Under the pieces are notes generated by a model, which did no database searches, was not told where the DNA came from, and worked only from the letters and a program-made list of their open reading frames with translations. This document shows, piece by piece, positions 8,961-19,000 of a DNA stretch of 64,000 bases (within the stretch, counting starts at the first letter, position 1; each line of letters starts with the position of its first letter). This stretch comes from a virus, in the IMG/VR virus record IMGVR_UViG_3300012920_009134, positions 1 through 64,000 of that record. The stretch is one strand, 5' to 3'. The translations under genes were made by a program, and so were the position numbers.

Positions 8961-9726
8961 CGAAATACAGCAAGATTATTTTCAAAACATGGAACTTGTT
9001 AACAGGGTTCTTGAAAAGATCAGCGAATATGAACTGATTACAAAACTCGTATCAAAGATGGGTAAAGAGCAGGTTACAGACGCCTTATCTCAGTACATTT
9101 CAGAAGAAGTTCAGCAGTATATTAATGAAAGATGCCAAAAGGGATACAAGACCCATGCAACAAGAAAAACTAAAAAGATGTTTGGTAGAACTTATAGAAA
9201 CTGTGTAAAAGCGGAAGAAAAAGATCCAGCAAAAGGAACAGGCAAAAAACCTAAAGGTTCTGGGCGTAGATTGTATACTGATGAAGATCCAAGCGATACA
9301 GTTGCAGTAAAGTTTAGTTCCGTATCCGACATTCAAGATACATTTTCTAAAGCAAGTTTTAAAAATAAATCCCATAAGAGACAGTCACAGATAATTAATC
9401 TAGTGCACCAAAGAGTTAGAGCAGCGTATAATAATGCAAAAGACCCAGAAACAAAAGCACGTTTAAACAAGGCATTCGATTATGCCAAGAAGCGAAAAGA
9501 GGCATCTAAAGAAAAAACAAAGAGGATGAAAAAAATGACTAACGAAGATATTGATCAAATTATTGAAGAAGAAATTAACAAGTTCTTAGAAGAAAAGAAA
9601 GATGCTTGCTATCACAAAGTTAAATCTAGATATAAAGTTTGGCCATCAGCATATGCTTCTGGTGCTTTAGTTAAATGTCGCAAGGTTGGTGCTAAAAATT
9701 GGGGTAACAAGAGTAAAAAGAAATAA
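8944..9726 (+). CDS. Modular basic protein: three Lys/Arg-rich modules separated by YINE, AEE and FLEE sites
   Basis: Translation; GAGGA RBS before ATG 8944. Confidence 0.6.
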   Translation: MNQLIDEIQQDYFQNMELVNRVLEKISEYELITKLVSKMGKEQVTDALSQYISEEVQQYINERCQKGYKTHATRKTKKMFGRTYRNCVKAEEKDPAKGTGKKPKGSGRRLYTDEDPSDTVAVKFSSVSDIQDTFSKASFKNKSHKRQSQIINLVHQRVRAAYNNAKDPETKARLNKAFDYAKKRKEASKEKTKRMKKMTNEDIDQIIEEEINKFLEEKKDACYHKVKSRYKVWPSAYASGALVKCRKVGAKNWGNKSKKK

Positions 9727-9748
9727 TTTTTCTAGGAGTGTTAACAAA

Positions 9749-10192
9749 ATGAAGATAAGGATGAGGATCTATAAAGACATACAGAAAGCAAAGTCTGATG
9801 TTGGTAAGACGAAATGCCCAAAAGCAACTCAGGACCTAAAGTTAAACACCAAAAATAGAGATAGCGCCATTCATGCAGAGCATATTCAATATGGACCTTT
9901 AAACGTTGGAGAACCTGGTGATTATTGGAAAGATATTGCAAAATATTGGAACACCACAGAAAAAGCAGCAAAAGCATCAAATTGCAGCAATTGTACTGCT
10001 TTTGATATATCCCCGAGAATGAAAGACTGCATGCCAGGTAAAACTTCTGATGAAGATGGTGAACTTGGTTATTGTTGGATGCATCATTTTAAATGTCATT
10101 CTGCAAGGGCATGCAGAACTTGGGCTAAAGGTGGCCCAATAAAAGAAGACAAAATATCGTACGACTGGCAAAAGAGGTATGAAGCAAAATGA
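9749..10192 (+). CDS. Cys-rich protein with HiPIP-like CxxC...C...CxxW pattern
   Basis: CSNCTAF…GYCWMHHFKCHSARACRTW; AGGAG RBS before ATG 9749. Confidence 0.5.
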   Translation: MKIRMRIYKDIQKAKSDVGKTKCPKATQDLKLNTKNRDSAIHAEHIQYGPLNVGEPGDYWKDIAKYWNTTEKAAKASNCSNCTAFDISPRMKDCMPGKTSDEDGELGYCWMHHFKCHSARACRTWAKGGPIKEDKISYDWQKRYEAK

Positions 10193-10524
10193 CAAACGAA
10201 GAATTAGATCAAATTATTGACGAAGAGATTGAATCCTATCTCAATGAAAAGAGGGACGGCAAAGGTGCAAGCAGTAAAGGGTACTCTCTTCGTGATTGGT
10301 TCAAAGGCGGAGGATGGAAACAAACTGGTGGCAAGTACGATGGAAAACCTTGCGCGAGACAACCAGGTCAAAAAACTAAACCATACTGCAGAGATCCTGA
10401 TGATCGTGCCAAACTAAGTAAAAAAGAAAGAGACAAGCGAGCAGCGAAGAAAAGAAGAGAAGATCCCAATCCAAATCGTCGCGGTAAAGCGAAAAACGTT
10501 AGACAAAAAAAGTCTAAGAAATGA
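10189..10524 (+). CDS. Acidic leader plus very basic two-Cys domain; putative internal head/DNA-binding protein
   Basis: MTNEELDQIIDEEIESYLNE followed by a Lys/Arg-rich region. Confidence 0.6.
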   Translation: MTNEELDQIIDEEIESYLNEKRDGKGASSKGYSLRDWFKGGGWKQTGGKYDGKPCARQPGQKTKPYCRDPDDRAKLSKKERDKRAAKKRREDPNPNRRGKAKNVRQKKSKK

Positions 10525-10530
10525 TATAAT
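10522..10530 (+). promoter_or_regulatory. Extended -10 promoter TGaTATAAT for purA
   Basis: Perfect extended -10 upstream of AAGGAG RBS. Confidence 0.55.
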
Positions 10531-10556
10531 AACACTGTTCTAGCAAAGGAGTAAAA

Positions 10557-11561
10557 ATGTTAGCAGATGTTATTGTAGACCTTCAGTATGGCGACTGTGG
10601 AAAAGGTAAAGTTGCCAGTCATCTCTGTAAGATTAATGATTATACACACGTTGTGAGATACAACGGTGGATGCAATGCAGGTCATACAATCTACCACAAC
10701 GGTCAAAAACTGATCACACACCATATTCCTTGTGGGGTTTTACACGGAATAAAATCTATCATTGGTCCCGGTTGTGTTCTTAATGTTGACCAGTTTTTTA
10801 AAGAAATAAAAGAATTAGAAGATGTCGGGATTGACACCCAAGACTTGATCAAGATTGCAAGCAACGTCCATATCATTACAGACTTTCATCTTGCGCAAGA
10901 TCGAAAAGATTCCGAAATAGGTACAACAAAACGAGGTAACGGACCTGCGTATCGCGATAAGTATGCAAGAAGGGGGATGATCGCTTTAGAGATGCCCGAT
11001 TTGGCACCTTTTATTATCGATATGTATGAAGAATTGCACAACAACAAGGAGCATGATGAAATTAAAGTACTTTTTGAAGGGGCCCAAGGATTTGGTCTCG
11101 ATATTGATTGGGGCGACTATCCTTATGTTACTTCTTCGCATTGTACTGTGGGTAGTGCAATCCTAAACGGCGTACCACCACAAGCAATCAGAGATGTTTG
11201 GGGGGTATGTAAGATTTATGAAACATATGTAGGAGCAAAGGAGTTTCAGGGTATTGATCCAGAATTAGAACTTATTAGAGAGGTTGGTCACGAATATGGT
11301 GCTACCACAGGGCGTCCACGACAGACCAACTGGTTGGATTTGGATATATTAAAAAAAGCATCGCGAATTAATGGTGTGACAAAAATGGTAATGAATAAGG
11401 TTGATATATTAGACGAGGTACAACACTGGAAGTTGTACGAGGGGATTAATGCATTGGAGTTCAAGAACGGCGAATCAATGCAATCTTACATTAAGACTTA
11501 TTTAAACGATTACGTACCAAGCATGGAAGTGCTGTTTTCAGGAAATAAGGAAGTTATATAA
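10557..11561 (+). CDS. purA: Adenylosuccinate synthetase (short form)
   Basis: QYGDCGKGK (catalytic Asp kept), GGxNAGHT, FEGAQG, YPYVTSS, TTGRPR, NKVD. Confidence 0.92.
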   Translation: MLADVIVDLQYGDCGKGKVASHLCKINDYTHVVRYNGGCNAGHTIYHNGQKLITHHIPCGVLHGIKSIIGPGCVLNVDQFFKEIKELEDVGIDTQDLIKIASNVHIITDFHLAQDRKDSEIGTTKRGNGPAYRDKYARRGMIALEMPDLAPFIIDMYEELHNNKEHDEIKVLFEGAQGFGLDIDWGDYPYVTSSHCTVGSAILNGVPPQAIRDVWGVCKIYETYVGAKEFQGIDPELELIREVGHEYGATTGRPRQTNWLDLDILKKASRINGVTKMVMNKVDILDEVQHWKLYEGINALEFKNGESMQSYIKTYLNDYVPSMEVLFSGNKEVI

Positions 11562-11570
11562 CTATTTAAT
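11561..11570 (+). promoter_or_regulatory. Candidate late promoter ACTATTTAAT
   Basis: Identical 10-mer at 59359-59368. Confidence 0.55.
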
Positions 11571-11594
11571 ATTACTTGCGCAGGTATTTTTTTT

Positions 11595-12914
11595 ATGTAT
11601 GGTGATAAATTTAAAGAAGCAACAAACTCTTTGATGTCTTACTGCCGTGAGCAGATGGGATATGACAAAGATCCAGACGTGCATTATGTTACAGATAGTA
11701 ACAATGCGAATAATATGCTTGGTTACACTGCACATTACCAACCAGAAAAGAGAATTGTTACTGTATATATTTCCAATCGCCATCCGAAAGACGTATTGAG
11801 GTCTCTTTCTCACGAGTTAGTTCATCACGCTCAAAACTGTAGAGGTGATTTGCAAAACACCCAAACAGAGGAAGGGTATGCACAAAAAGACCCACACATG
11901 AGAAAAATGGAAGAAGAAGCATATTTAAAAGGCAACATGATGTTTAGAGATTGGGAAGATTCCTGCAAAGAACAAAATATGATATTACCATCTACAATAG
12001 GAGAAAATAAAATGAGTGATCAACTGAATGAATTAATTGCTGAAAAGGTAAAAGCAAGACTAGAAGAACAAGGAATCCAAGTTGATGAAGGGTTTCTTGA
12101 TAGACTTAGAGCAAAAGCAGCGGGATTTGCCGGAGGAGCAAAACAGGCAGGAAAAAACATTGGCGCTCTTGGTCGGGCAGCGAAGGCAGGACTTACCGGT
12201 GACGCCGACGCCGCAAAGGGAGAGTTAGATTCTGTTGCCAGCGTTGGTGATGCCAATAAAGCGCAAAAAGTTGCTTCTAGAATGAAAACTGCTTTTAAGC
12301 AAATAGGTAAACTGAGTCAGGATATGGTTAAAGACCTCAAGGCACTTGAAATTGAGGATGCACCAGCACTCAGAAGCGTGTTATCAGATTTAAAAAAGGC
12401 GCAAACTGCTATTGCGCGAGTTGCAGATCCTGAATCTCTTGCCAAGTATATGGAAAAATATCAAGCTACTGGTACAGGCGGACTTGCTGAAGAGGAAGAA
12501 GCAATTGAAGAAGGTGGCGCTGCACAGCGACAAGGCAACGAGGATAGACTTCGGCGGCAAGAACCAGACCGCATTAAAGAAGAAGATGAGATCGAGGAAG
12601 AAAAGAAGAAAGGAAAGTTTGATGATGGCGATGGTAAAGATGAAAAGTGTGATTACGTAGACTGCGATGACGAAGGCGAAAAGGACAAAAAAGAGAAAGA
12701 TGGTGATGACGACAAAGAAGAGAAATCTGATGATAAAAAGTCTGATAAGGATATGAGTAAAGTACCTCCTCAACTTCGCAAGCATGTTGCGAAAAAGAAG
12801 GTAAATGAAAATGAACTTGCTGATATTAAGAAAGGTCAAGATTCTATTAGGAACTTAAATGAACAACGAAATCAGAAACTCAATGACGAACTTATGAGAA
12901 GGTTGTTGAAGTAA
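11595..12914 (+). CDS. N-terminal HExxH Zn-metallopeptidase-like domain fused to helical and charged low-complexity modules; putative head protein
   Basis: LSHELVHHAQ plus downstream MEEEAY; internal RBS and ATG at 12012. Confidence 0.6.
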   Translation: MYGDKFKEATNSLMSYCREQMGYDKDPDVHYVTDSNNANNMLGYTAHYQPEKRIVTVYISNRHPKDVLRSLSHELVHHAQNCRGDLQNTQTEEGYAQKDPHMRKMEEEAYLKGNMMFRDWEDSCKEQNMILPSTIGENKMSDQLNELIAEKVKARLEEQGIQVDEGFLDRLRAKAAGFAGGAKQAGKNIGALGRAAKAGLTGDADAAKGELDSVASVGDANKAQKVASRMKTAFKQIGKLSQDMVKDLKALEIEDAPALRSVLSDLKKAQTAIARVADPESLAKYMEKYQATGTGGLAEEEEAIEEGGAAQRQGNEDRLRRQEPDRIKEEDEIEEEKKKGKFDDGDGKDEKCDYVDCDDEGEKDKKEKDGDDDKEEKSDDKKSDKDMSKVPPQLRKHVAKKKVNENELADIKKGQDSIRNLNEQRNQKLNDELMRRLLK

Positions 12915-14023
12915 TGTCAAAGTTCCAGGACTCAGTTGCAAAACCTCGTACATCCAGAGGTCACAAAAACCTTTTAGATGGTGGTCGCAAAGATTTAATT
13001 AAACATGGTCAACCTTTCAACCAAGCAAGACCTGTTGATAAATCTAATGCTTTTGTTGCAAAAGAGGAACACTGTAACGATTCTGATGAAGACTTAGACG
13101 AAGCATCTTCAATGTCTGGCGGCAGTGTTGAGGGACACGCCTCTGGTGGGTTTGTTGGTTTAGATGTTGACAAAGAAAATAAAAAACATAAAAAAGATCT
13201 TAAAAAGAAAAATGAGGTAATCGAAATGCAATCCAGAGAAGAAATGGTTCATGAACTTAAACTTAGAAGTAGCATCGCAAAAATGCTTGATATTCAAAAG
13301 AAGAGAATGATCAAAGAAACCATCTCTAGAATCTCTGCGAACATAAGACTTCGAAGTGTCTTAAGACAGTTGATTAAAGAATCTGATGTTGAAAAGAATC
13401 CACACTCAAGTACTGGGATTAACAAATTATCAGTATTGTTAAAAAAGATTGTTCCTACCTTAGAGGACTCTTATAAGACATTGACCACAGATAAATCTCA
13501 GCGTGATTCATTTAGAGCACACATACTTAATGCTATTGAGAATGCTTTAAGGCCTGAAAAAGCAAAAGAACTCGCTGATGCTGATGATACTCCTCAAGAT
13601 CTTGAAGAGGTTGAAATAAATATTAAAGATTCTGACCCTCTCGGTGCCTCAGATGAGGAAAAGTTCATTGATATATCTGACTCTGAAGGAGGTGATACAG
13701 AAGAGGAAGAAGAAGATCCGTTAGACTCATTTGGTATCGAGGGGGAAGATTTGACAGGTCGTGATGAAGCATTCGAAGCATTCAATCAAATAGAAAATCA
13801 GATTATTGATTCTTTTGGTGTCTTGCAAAATCCAAAAGATAGAGAAGTTTTCTATGACTATCTTTTAACTAATATTAAGATGTATTTTGATAAATTTGAA
13901 GATGAATTAGCAGGTATCGTAGCAGAACCAGCGTCAGATTCATATGAAGAACCTGCGGGTGGTGGTGAAGAAGAAGCACCGCCGCCAGAGGATGAAGAGA
14001 TCCCACCAGAAGAGGAAATTTAA
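12914..14023 (+). CDS. Acidic helical protein with an internal duplication; putative head core/scaffold-like protein
   Basis: Two related TG…DS(Y/F)…R..F…(I/L)L units; many xxE sites; Pro/Glu tail. Confidence 0.5.
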   Translation: MSKFQDSVAKPRTSRGHKNLLDGGRKDLIKHGQPFNQARPVDKSNAFVAKEEHCNDSDEDLDEASSMSGGSVEGHASGGFVGLDVDKENKKHKKDLKKKNEVIEMQSREEMVHELKLRSSIAKMLDIQKKRMIKETISRISANIRLRSVLRQLIKESDVEKNPHSSTGINKLSVLLKKIVPTLEDSYKTLTTDKSQRDSFRAHILNAIENALRPEKAKELADADDTPQDLEEVEINIKDSDPLGASDEEKFIDISDSEGGDTEEEEEDPLDSFGIEGEDLTGRDEAFEAFNQIENQIIDSFGVLQNPKDREVFYDYLLTNIKMYFDKFEDELAGIVAEPASDSYEEPAGGGEEEAPPPEDEEIPPEEEI

Positions 14024-14041
14024 ATATTTTCTTCAAAACTG

Positions 14042-14070
14042 TTGTATTCTAATATTACATGTGCTATTTT
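14042..14070 (+). promoter_or_regulatory. sigma70-type promoter TTGTAT-17-TATTTT with extended TG
   Basis: -35 at 14042-14047, -10 at 14065-14070. Confidence 0.4.
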
Positions 14071-14096
14071 AGTCGAGGTGGTTGGGTTAGGAGGCA

Positions 14097-14432
14097 ATGA
14101 AGAAAACAAACAAATATCATTCATTACTAAAAGAAATAAATAATAGATTTAAAAATAAAGATTTTGAATATATTGTTTCTAATCTAACTTTGGAAGATTT
14201 GATAATCGCAAAGTTAGAACTAAGTGCTAAAGGGTTGAATGAGAAACTTTTCGGATATCCTCTCTATAACAATATCCAACATATAACAAAAGAATCCTTG
14301 GTAAGATTTGCTCTAAGGTTCTGCAACTCACAAGAAAAAGCAGCAAACATGTTAGGTCTAGATGTTAGGCAATTAAAGTCATATATTAGAAAACATGGAC
14401 TAAATATTAATAAAGGAGATGAAAATGAGTAA
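14097..14432 (+). CDS. Fis-like helix-turn-helix protein
   Basis: C-terminal SQEKAANMLGLDVRQLKSYIRKHGL matches the Fis-type HTH pattern; AGGAGG RBS. Confidence 0.7.
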   Translation: MKKTNKYHSLLKEINNRFKNKDFEYIVSNLTLEDLIIAKLELSAKGLNEKLFGYPLYNNIQHITKESLVRFALRFCNSQEKAANMLGLDVRQLKSYIRKHGLNINKGDENE

Positions 14433-14796
14433 CAGTGTAAGACCTAATGTAGTAAGGATTGTGCCAAAACCATGGGGACAAGAAGTTATATGGGCACAAA
14501 CAAAAGACTATGTTGGAAAATTAATCACTGTTAATCATGGTCACAAACTTTCTAGACAATATCACGAGCGGAAAGAAGAGACCATATATGTTGTATATGG
14601 TACGCTCTCTCTAGAGATTGGCGAAGGTGAAAACATACAAGAACTCCAGTTAAGAAAAAATGAATGCTTTCATATTATACCAGGACTAGTCCACAGATTT
14701 TGCGCTCCATATGGAGATGTTGAACTCATTGAGGTTAGCACCCCTTATTTAAATGACGTTGTTAGATTGGAAGATGACTATAAGAGGGTTAAATAA
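14425..14796 (+). CDS. Cupin, mannose-6-phosphate isomerase (type II C-terminal)-like
   Basis: KPWG, LSRQYH..KEE, HRF, EVST, DVVRLEDDY. Confidence 0.8.
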   Translation: MSNSVRPNVVRIVPKPWGQEVIWAQTKDYVGKLITVNHGHKLSRQYHERKEETIYVVYGTLSLEIGEGENIQELQLRKNECFHIIPGLVHRFCAPYGDVELIEVSTPYLNDVVRLEDDYKRVK

Positions 14797-15956
14797 TGCC
14801 AAGAAGACCAGGAAGTGTAGATGTAGATCAAGTAGATTTCAGTGAACCAGTAAGTCAGGACGTTACGTTTGCTAATTCTGCAAGTTTTGGGAACAATGTC
14901 GCTATATCAGGATCTTTGGCAATATCTGCAACAGAAAAGGTTAACAAAAAAGCAATAAGTTTAGATGGAACTAATGATCATATACTGGTATCAGATGAAG
15001 ATGATTTTAGTTTTACTAACGGTTCTTCAGATGTTGCTTTTTCTTTATCAGCGTGGGTTTATATTGGTGATGTTTCTGCTGATGACGGACCATTCATAGC
15101 AAAAGCAAACTTTTCAACTGGAAATACAGAGTTTATATTTAAACATGCAAATGGTACTCTACAGTTCTTTATATATGACCGCGACCAGTCAGCATCAGGT
15201 CACCAAATAAGAACATTAGCAAACTCCGCTACTTTATCTGATACTACATGGCACCATGTTGTTGCAACATATAGTGGCAACGGTTCACACACAGGATTAA
15301 AAGTATATACTGATGGATCTCAAACTACAGCAACACAAAGCACCCTAAATTCATACACTAGGGTAAGAAACACAGCAACCCCATTAACTCTTGGTGCAAC
15401 CGAAGACCTAGCAAACGCCAATAGAGTATTTGAAGATAGATTGGCAGACTGTGTTGTTTTTAATAAAGAATTGTCTTCATCGGAAGTTGCAGAACTATAC
15501 AATTCTGGTAAAGTTATGAATATTCGCAATCATTCTGCGTTTGCAAATGTTATTTCTTGGTGGAAGATGGGCGACGATGAAGATATAGAAGGTTCTGGTG
15601 GTATTCGGGATTATGTTTCTGGGCATCATGGAACTTTAACTAATGGCGCTGCAATTATTGATGAAACCGGACTTTCTAGTGACGCTATGGATTCTCTAGC
15701 AACCAACGCTTCAGGTAGTTTGGGTATAGGCATCGAAAGTCCCGATGAAACTTTGCATGTTTATGGTAAAACAAAACTAGTAGGACCATTGATACTAAAA
15801 GAAAGAACATATGACCCGGATAACCCATCAGAGGGAAGTTCAGTTATATGGATGTCCAATGGCCATGGTACCGGTGATGATGGCGATATTATGATCAAAA
15901 TCACTGCAGGAGGCGTTACCAAGACTGTTACTTTGGTTGATTTTAGCGCTTCATAG
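14796..15956 (+). CDS. LamG/concanavalin A-like domain virion (fibre) protein
   Basis: LDGTNDHI, FSLSAWV, WHHVVATY, NKELSSSEVAELYN; flanked by GSLGIG…LHV fibre motif. Confidence 0.75.
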   Translation: MPRRPGSVDVDQVDFSEPVSQDVTFANSASFGNNVAISGSLAISATEKVNKKAISLDGTNDHILVSDEDDFSFTNGSSDVAFSLSAWVYIGDVSADDGPFIAKANFSTGNTEFIFKHANGTLQFFIYDRDQSASGHQIRTLANSATLSDTTWHHVVATYSGNGSHTGLKVYTDGSQTTATQSTLNSYTRVRNTATPLTLGATEDLANANRVFEDRLADCVVFNKELSSSEVAELYNSGKVMNIRNHSAFANVISWWKMGDDEDIEGSGGIRDYVSGHHGTLTNGAAIIDETGLSSDAMDSLATNASGSLGIGIESPDETLHVYGKTKLVGPLILKERTYDPDNPSEGSSVIWMSNGHGTGDDGDIMIKITAGGVTKTVTLVDFSAS

Positions 15957-15969
15957 TTTGTTATTTATT

Positions 15970-15979
15970 ACTATTTATG
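15970..15979 (+). promoter_or_regulatory. Candidate late promoter ACTATTTATG
   Basis: Intergenic, upstream of the 1900-aa fibre gene. Confidence 0.55.
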
Positions 15980-16003
15980 TTTAAGAGGTTTAAGGTATAA
16001 GTT

Positions 16004-19000
16004 ATGGGTAAAAAAGGTAATACTAGAGGACTGCGCGGTATTGGGATCAGAAAAGTTGTACCTAATCAAATTAATTTCAATCAGGCAATATCAGGAAGTT
16101 TAGCGCTAACTCAAATCACAACTCCATCCTCTGTACCGGATGGACTTGGGCAAATATACTTTAAAAGTGATGGCAAACTTTATTTCAAATCAGATAAATT
16201 TGAAGAGACTGATTTATTAGCAGGCAGCAATGGACTTTCTTTTCTTTTTACAACTTCTGTTTTAACTATAGAATCTGATGCAAATTATGGCGATACAGAT
16301 GAGGATGGTGGCGATTGGCCAGCAAATTTTTCAAACGGTCCATCGGCAAAAGTGGACGCCTCTGTACCAGGTATACCTACATTTACAACAACTGGTCATG
16401 ATTTTACAAATACAAATAGTGGCGGTAACCCAGGAGAAAATACCTACAGAATAGATGCATCGAGGGCATCGGCAACAACTGATAATGGTACTGATTTAAC
16501 TGTTGCACTATCTGGACATAATGATGGTAGTCCAACTAACTTTTCTATCGATCTTTCAAATGGATCAAAATCAGTATTAAAACTAAATGTTACTTTAGAT
16601 TCTAGTAATAACACAAAAATAACTTTAAACAATCTTTCTCAATATGAAAATGCCGCTAATGACCAAACATTCTCTTCTGTAGTTGTTAATATTCCTTTTA
16701 AAGTAAATATTGCTGGTACTATTACTACAGTTACAAGGACAATAACAGTACAAAAGATCAGAACAGGACTTGAGGGTACAACATCTAGAACTGTTAATCT
16801 AACTGCAACAAAGATAGCATTTGAATATGACCAAAACGGTAATAAAATAGGAACTCCTAGTTCAACAATTACTGCAACCGCTTTAAACACAACAGGACAA
16901 GTTTATTTTCAGTTTTTGATTGACGGCGTTCAAGAAGGTAGTGTTATCGCCGGAAGTGTGGTCAATGGCAACTACACTGCTCAACTTGTATATGATGGTA
17001 CTGATGTACCTGCTCTTTTCACCAATATGCCACAAGTTATCGAGTGCAGAATAAGAGAAGTGACGGGCACTGCTGCTGGTACCATCTTGGCGAGAGACCA
17101 AATTGGAATGCTTGGAGTAAAAGAAGGTTCGGGCGCATATCAGGTATATATGGAAAATAGTGCACACGTAGTACCTGCTACTCGCGGTGGAGATGGTAGT
17201 GGTGATGCCACCACTTTAGACATGACAAACTCAAATCCTGGATTCATTGCTGTATTTAAGGGGGCAACAAGACTAACACTTGTGACTACCGGAACTCCAA
17301 CTACGGGACAGTTTAAGGTGACAAGTGTAACGCAATCTCCTGCCAGCAACGCTGGCGGCATATCAACTGTTGACCAGTCGGCTGCAGTTCAAAATGACGG
17401 CGGTCCAGGTAATGGCAAGGATGCGATATTTGGCGATCATGGTGATATGGGTACTGCCAACACAGGTATAGTAACTTATACTATTAACTGTGAGAATACT
17501 GAAACCCTATCAGTAATACAGACTGTCACAAAATCTATTCAAGGAACTCGCGGACAATCGGGACCAGGCGGCAGCAATGCTAGAGCAGTTGAGTTTACAG
17601 TAACAAGTAATACTCCAGTTATCGAATTCGACGATCTGGGAGCGGTTGAAGCAGGAGTTACTCATGCTTCTGTGGAGTTAACAGCAACAACAAGAAATAC
17701 GACAGGCACAATGACATTCGTATACGAGATAGATGATGTCGAGATAACCAATTCCAATAAAGGAAATCACAGTTTTAGCAACAATGTTTTTACCTACAGT
17801 ACTACAGGCAAAACATACAACGATTTTCCGGAAAGAATAGAAGTTATTGCCAAAGAAGATGGGTCTGAAGTTGCTAGAGATCAAATAACTTTAATAGCAA
17901 TAAAACCAGGTTCTGGTGCCTATAAAATATCTATGCCAAACGATAATACAACTGTTACGTCGACTGAAGCAAATGATGGTGCCGGGGATGCTAATATTGA
18001 TTATTCTAGCACTTCCGATACAATAAGATTGTTTAAAGGAAATGTTCAACTTGAACCAATAATTGGTGGCAGCGGAACTACAGTTATAGGTACAACAAAT
18101 ACTCCGACTGCTGGACAGTTTTCGGTTATTAGTCAAACAGTCACAAATGGAACAGTCACTAGACCAACTCTTACATTGGATGATTCCGATTCAAACGATA
18201 AGCATATAGATGCTAGTGTTATGAGTGGGTTAACTAGCGATATTGCTAATATAACTTATGTTTTTAACTGTGAAGGGTTGGCGCAAGAGTCAAGAACAGT
18301 TACAGTTGCTAAGTCAAAACAAGGAGTTAACGGAACACCAGGCGAAACAGGTTTGGGCGTAGATTTAGAGATAGAACCTCCTGTTGTTATATATAACGAC
18401 CTTGGAACAACTCCTGATGTATCCTCTGTTGATATTGTAGCAACAACAAGGAACTTAGGAACTGAAATAGCAAGATCTGCGTTTTTTAATCATTCTTCAG
18501 CAAACGCCTTCCGCACGAATGGCAATGGCGGATTGGGCATTTCAGCGATGTCGACTTTCGCAATAGGGTTTTGGATTAAGTTTCCATCAAATGAAACCTT
18601 TCCTGCGGGAAATCGATATATTTGTTATTCGACTGAATTAAGAATACATATTACTGGTACCACCCTCGCACTCAATTTTCATACGAGCGGTGTCAACCGA
18701 CAAGCTATTCAATCCAGTTTCTGGAATACTTCGGATGCTGGGAAGTGGGTTCACGTCTTATTCCAACGCACTGGAAACATTATATATATTTATAAGAATG
18801 GATCCCAATTTGCAACTAAGTCTCACGGCGGCGGGAACATCGCGATGGATGCGCTTAATAGTACATTTTATTTGGGGAATGATAATAACAGCGGCAATCC
18901 AATCGGAGCAGAGTTATCAAATTTTGTTATTTGGAATACTTTCGGCGGCAATACCCTAGCGCAGCAGCAATACAATAGTGGAAAAGTATTAACATCACCA

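Noticed and set aside
10557-11561. PurZ (2-aminoadenine Z-genome) candidate
   Set aside because: Keeps the PurA catalytic Asp (GDCGKGK rather than Ser) and the NKxD guanine-specificity motif; no dATPase/MazZ partner seen nearby
12560-12760. Tandem DNA repeat in the GA-rich stretch
   Set aside because: Explained by D/E/K low-complexity protein coding; no exact repeat unit
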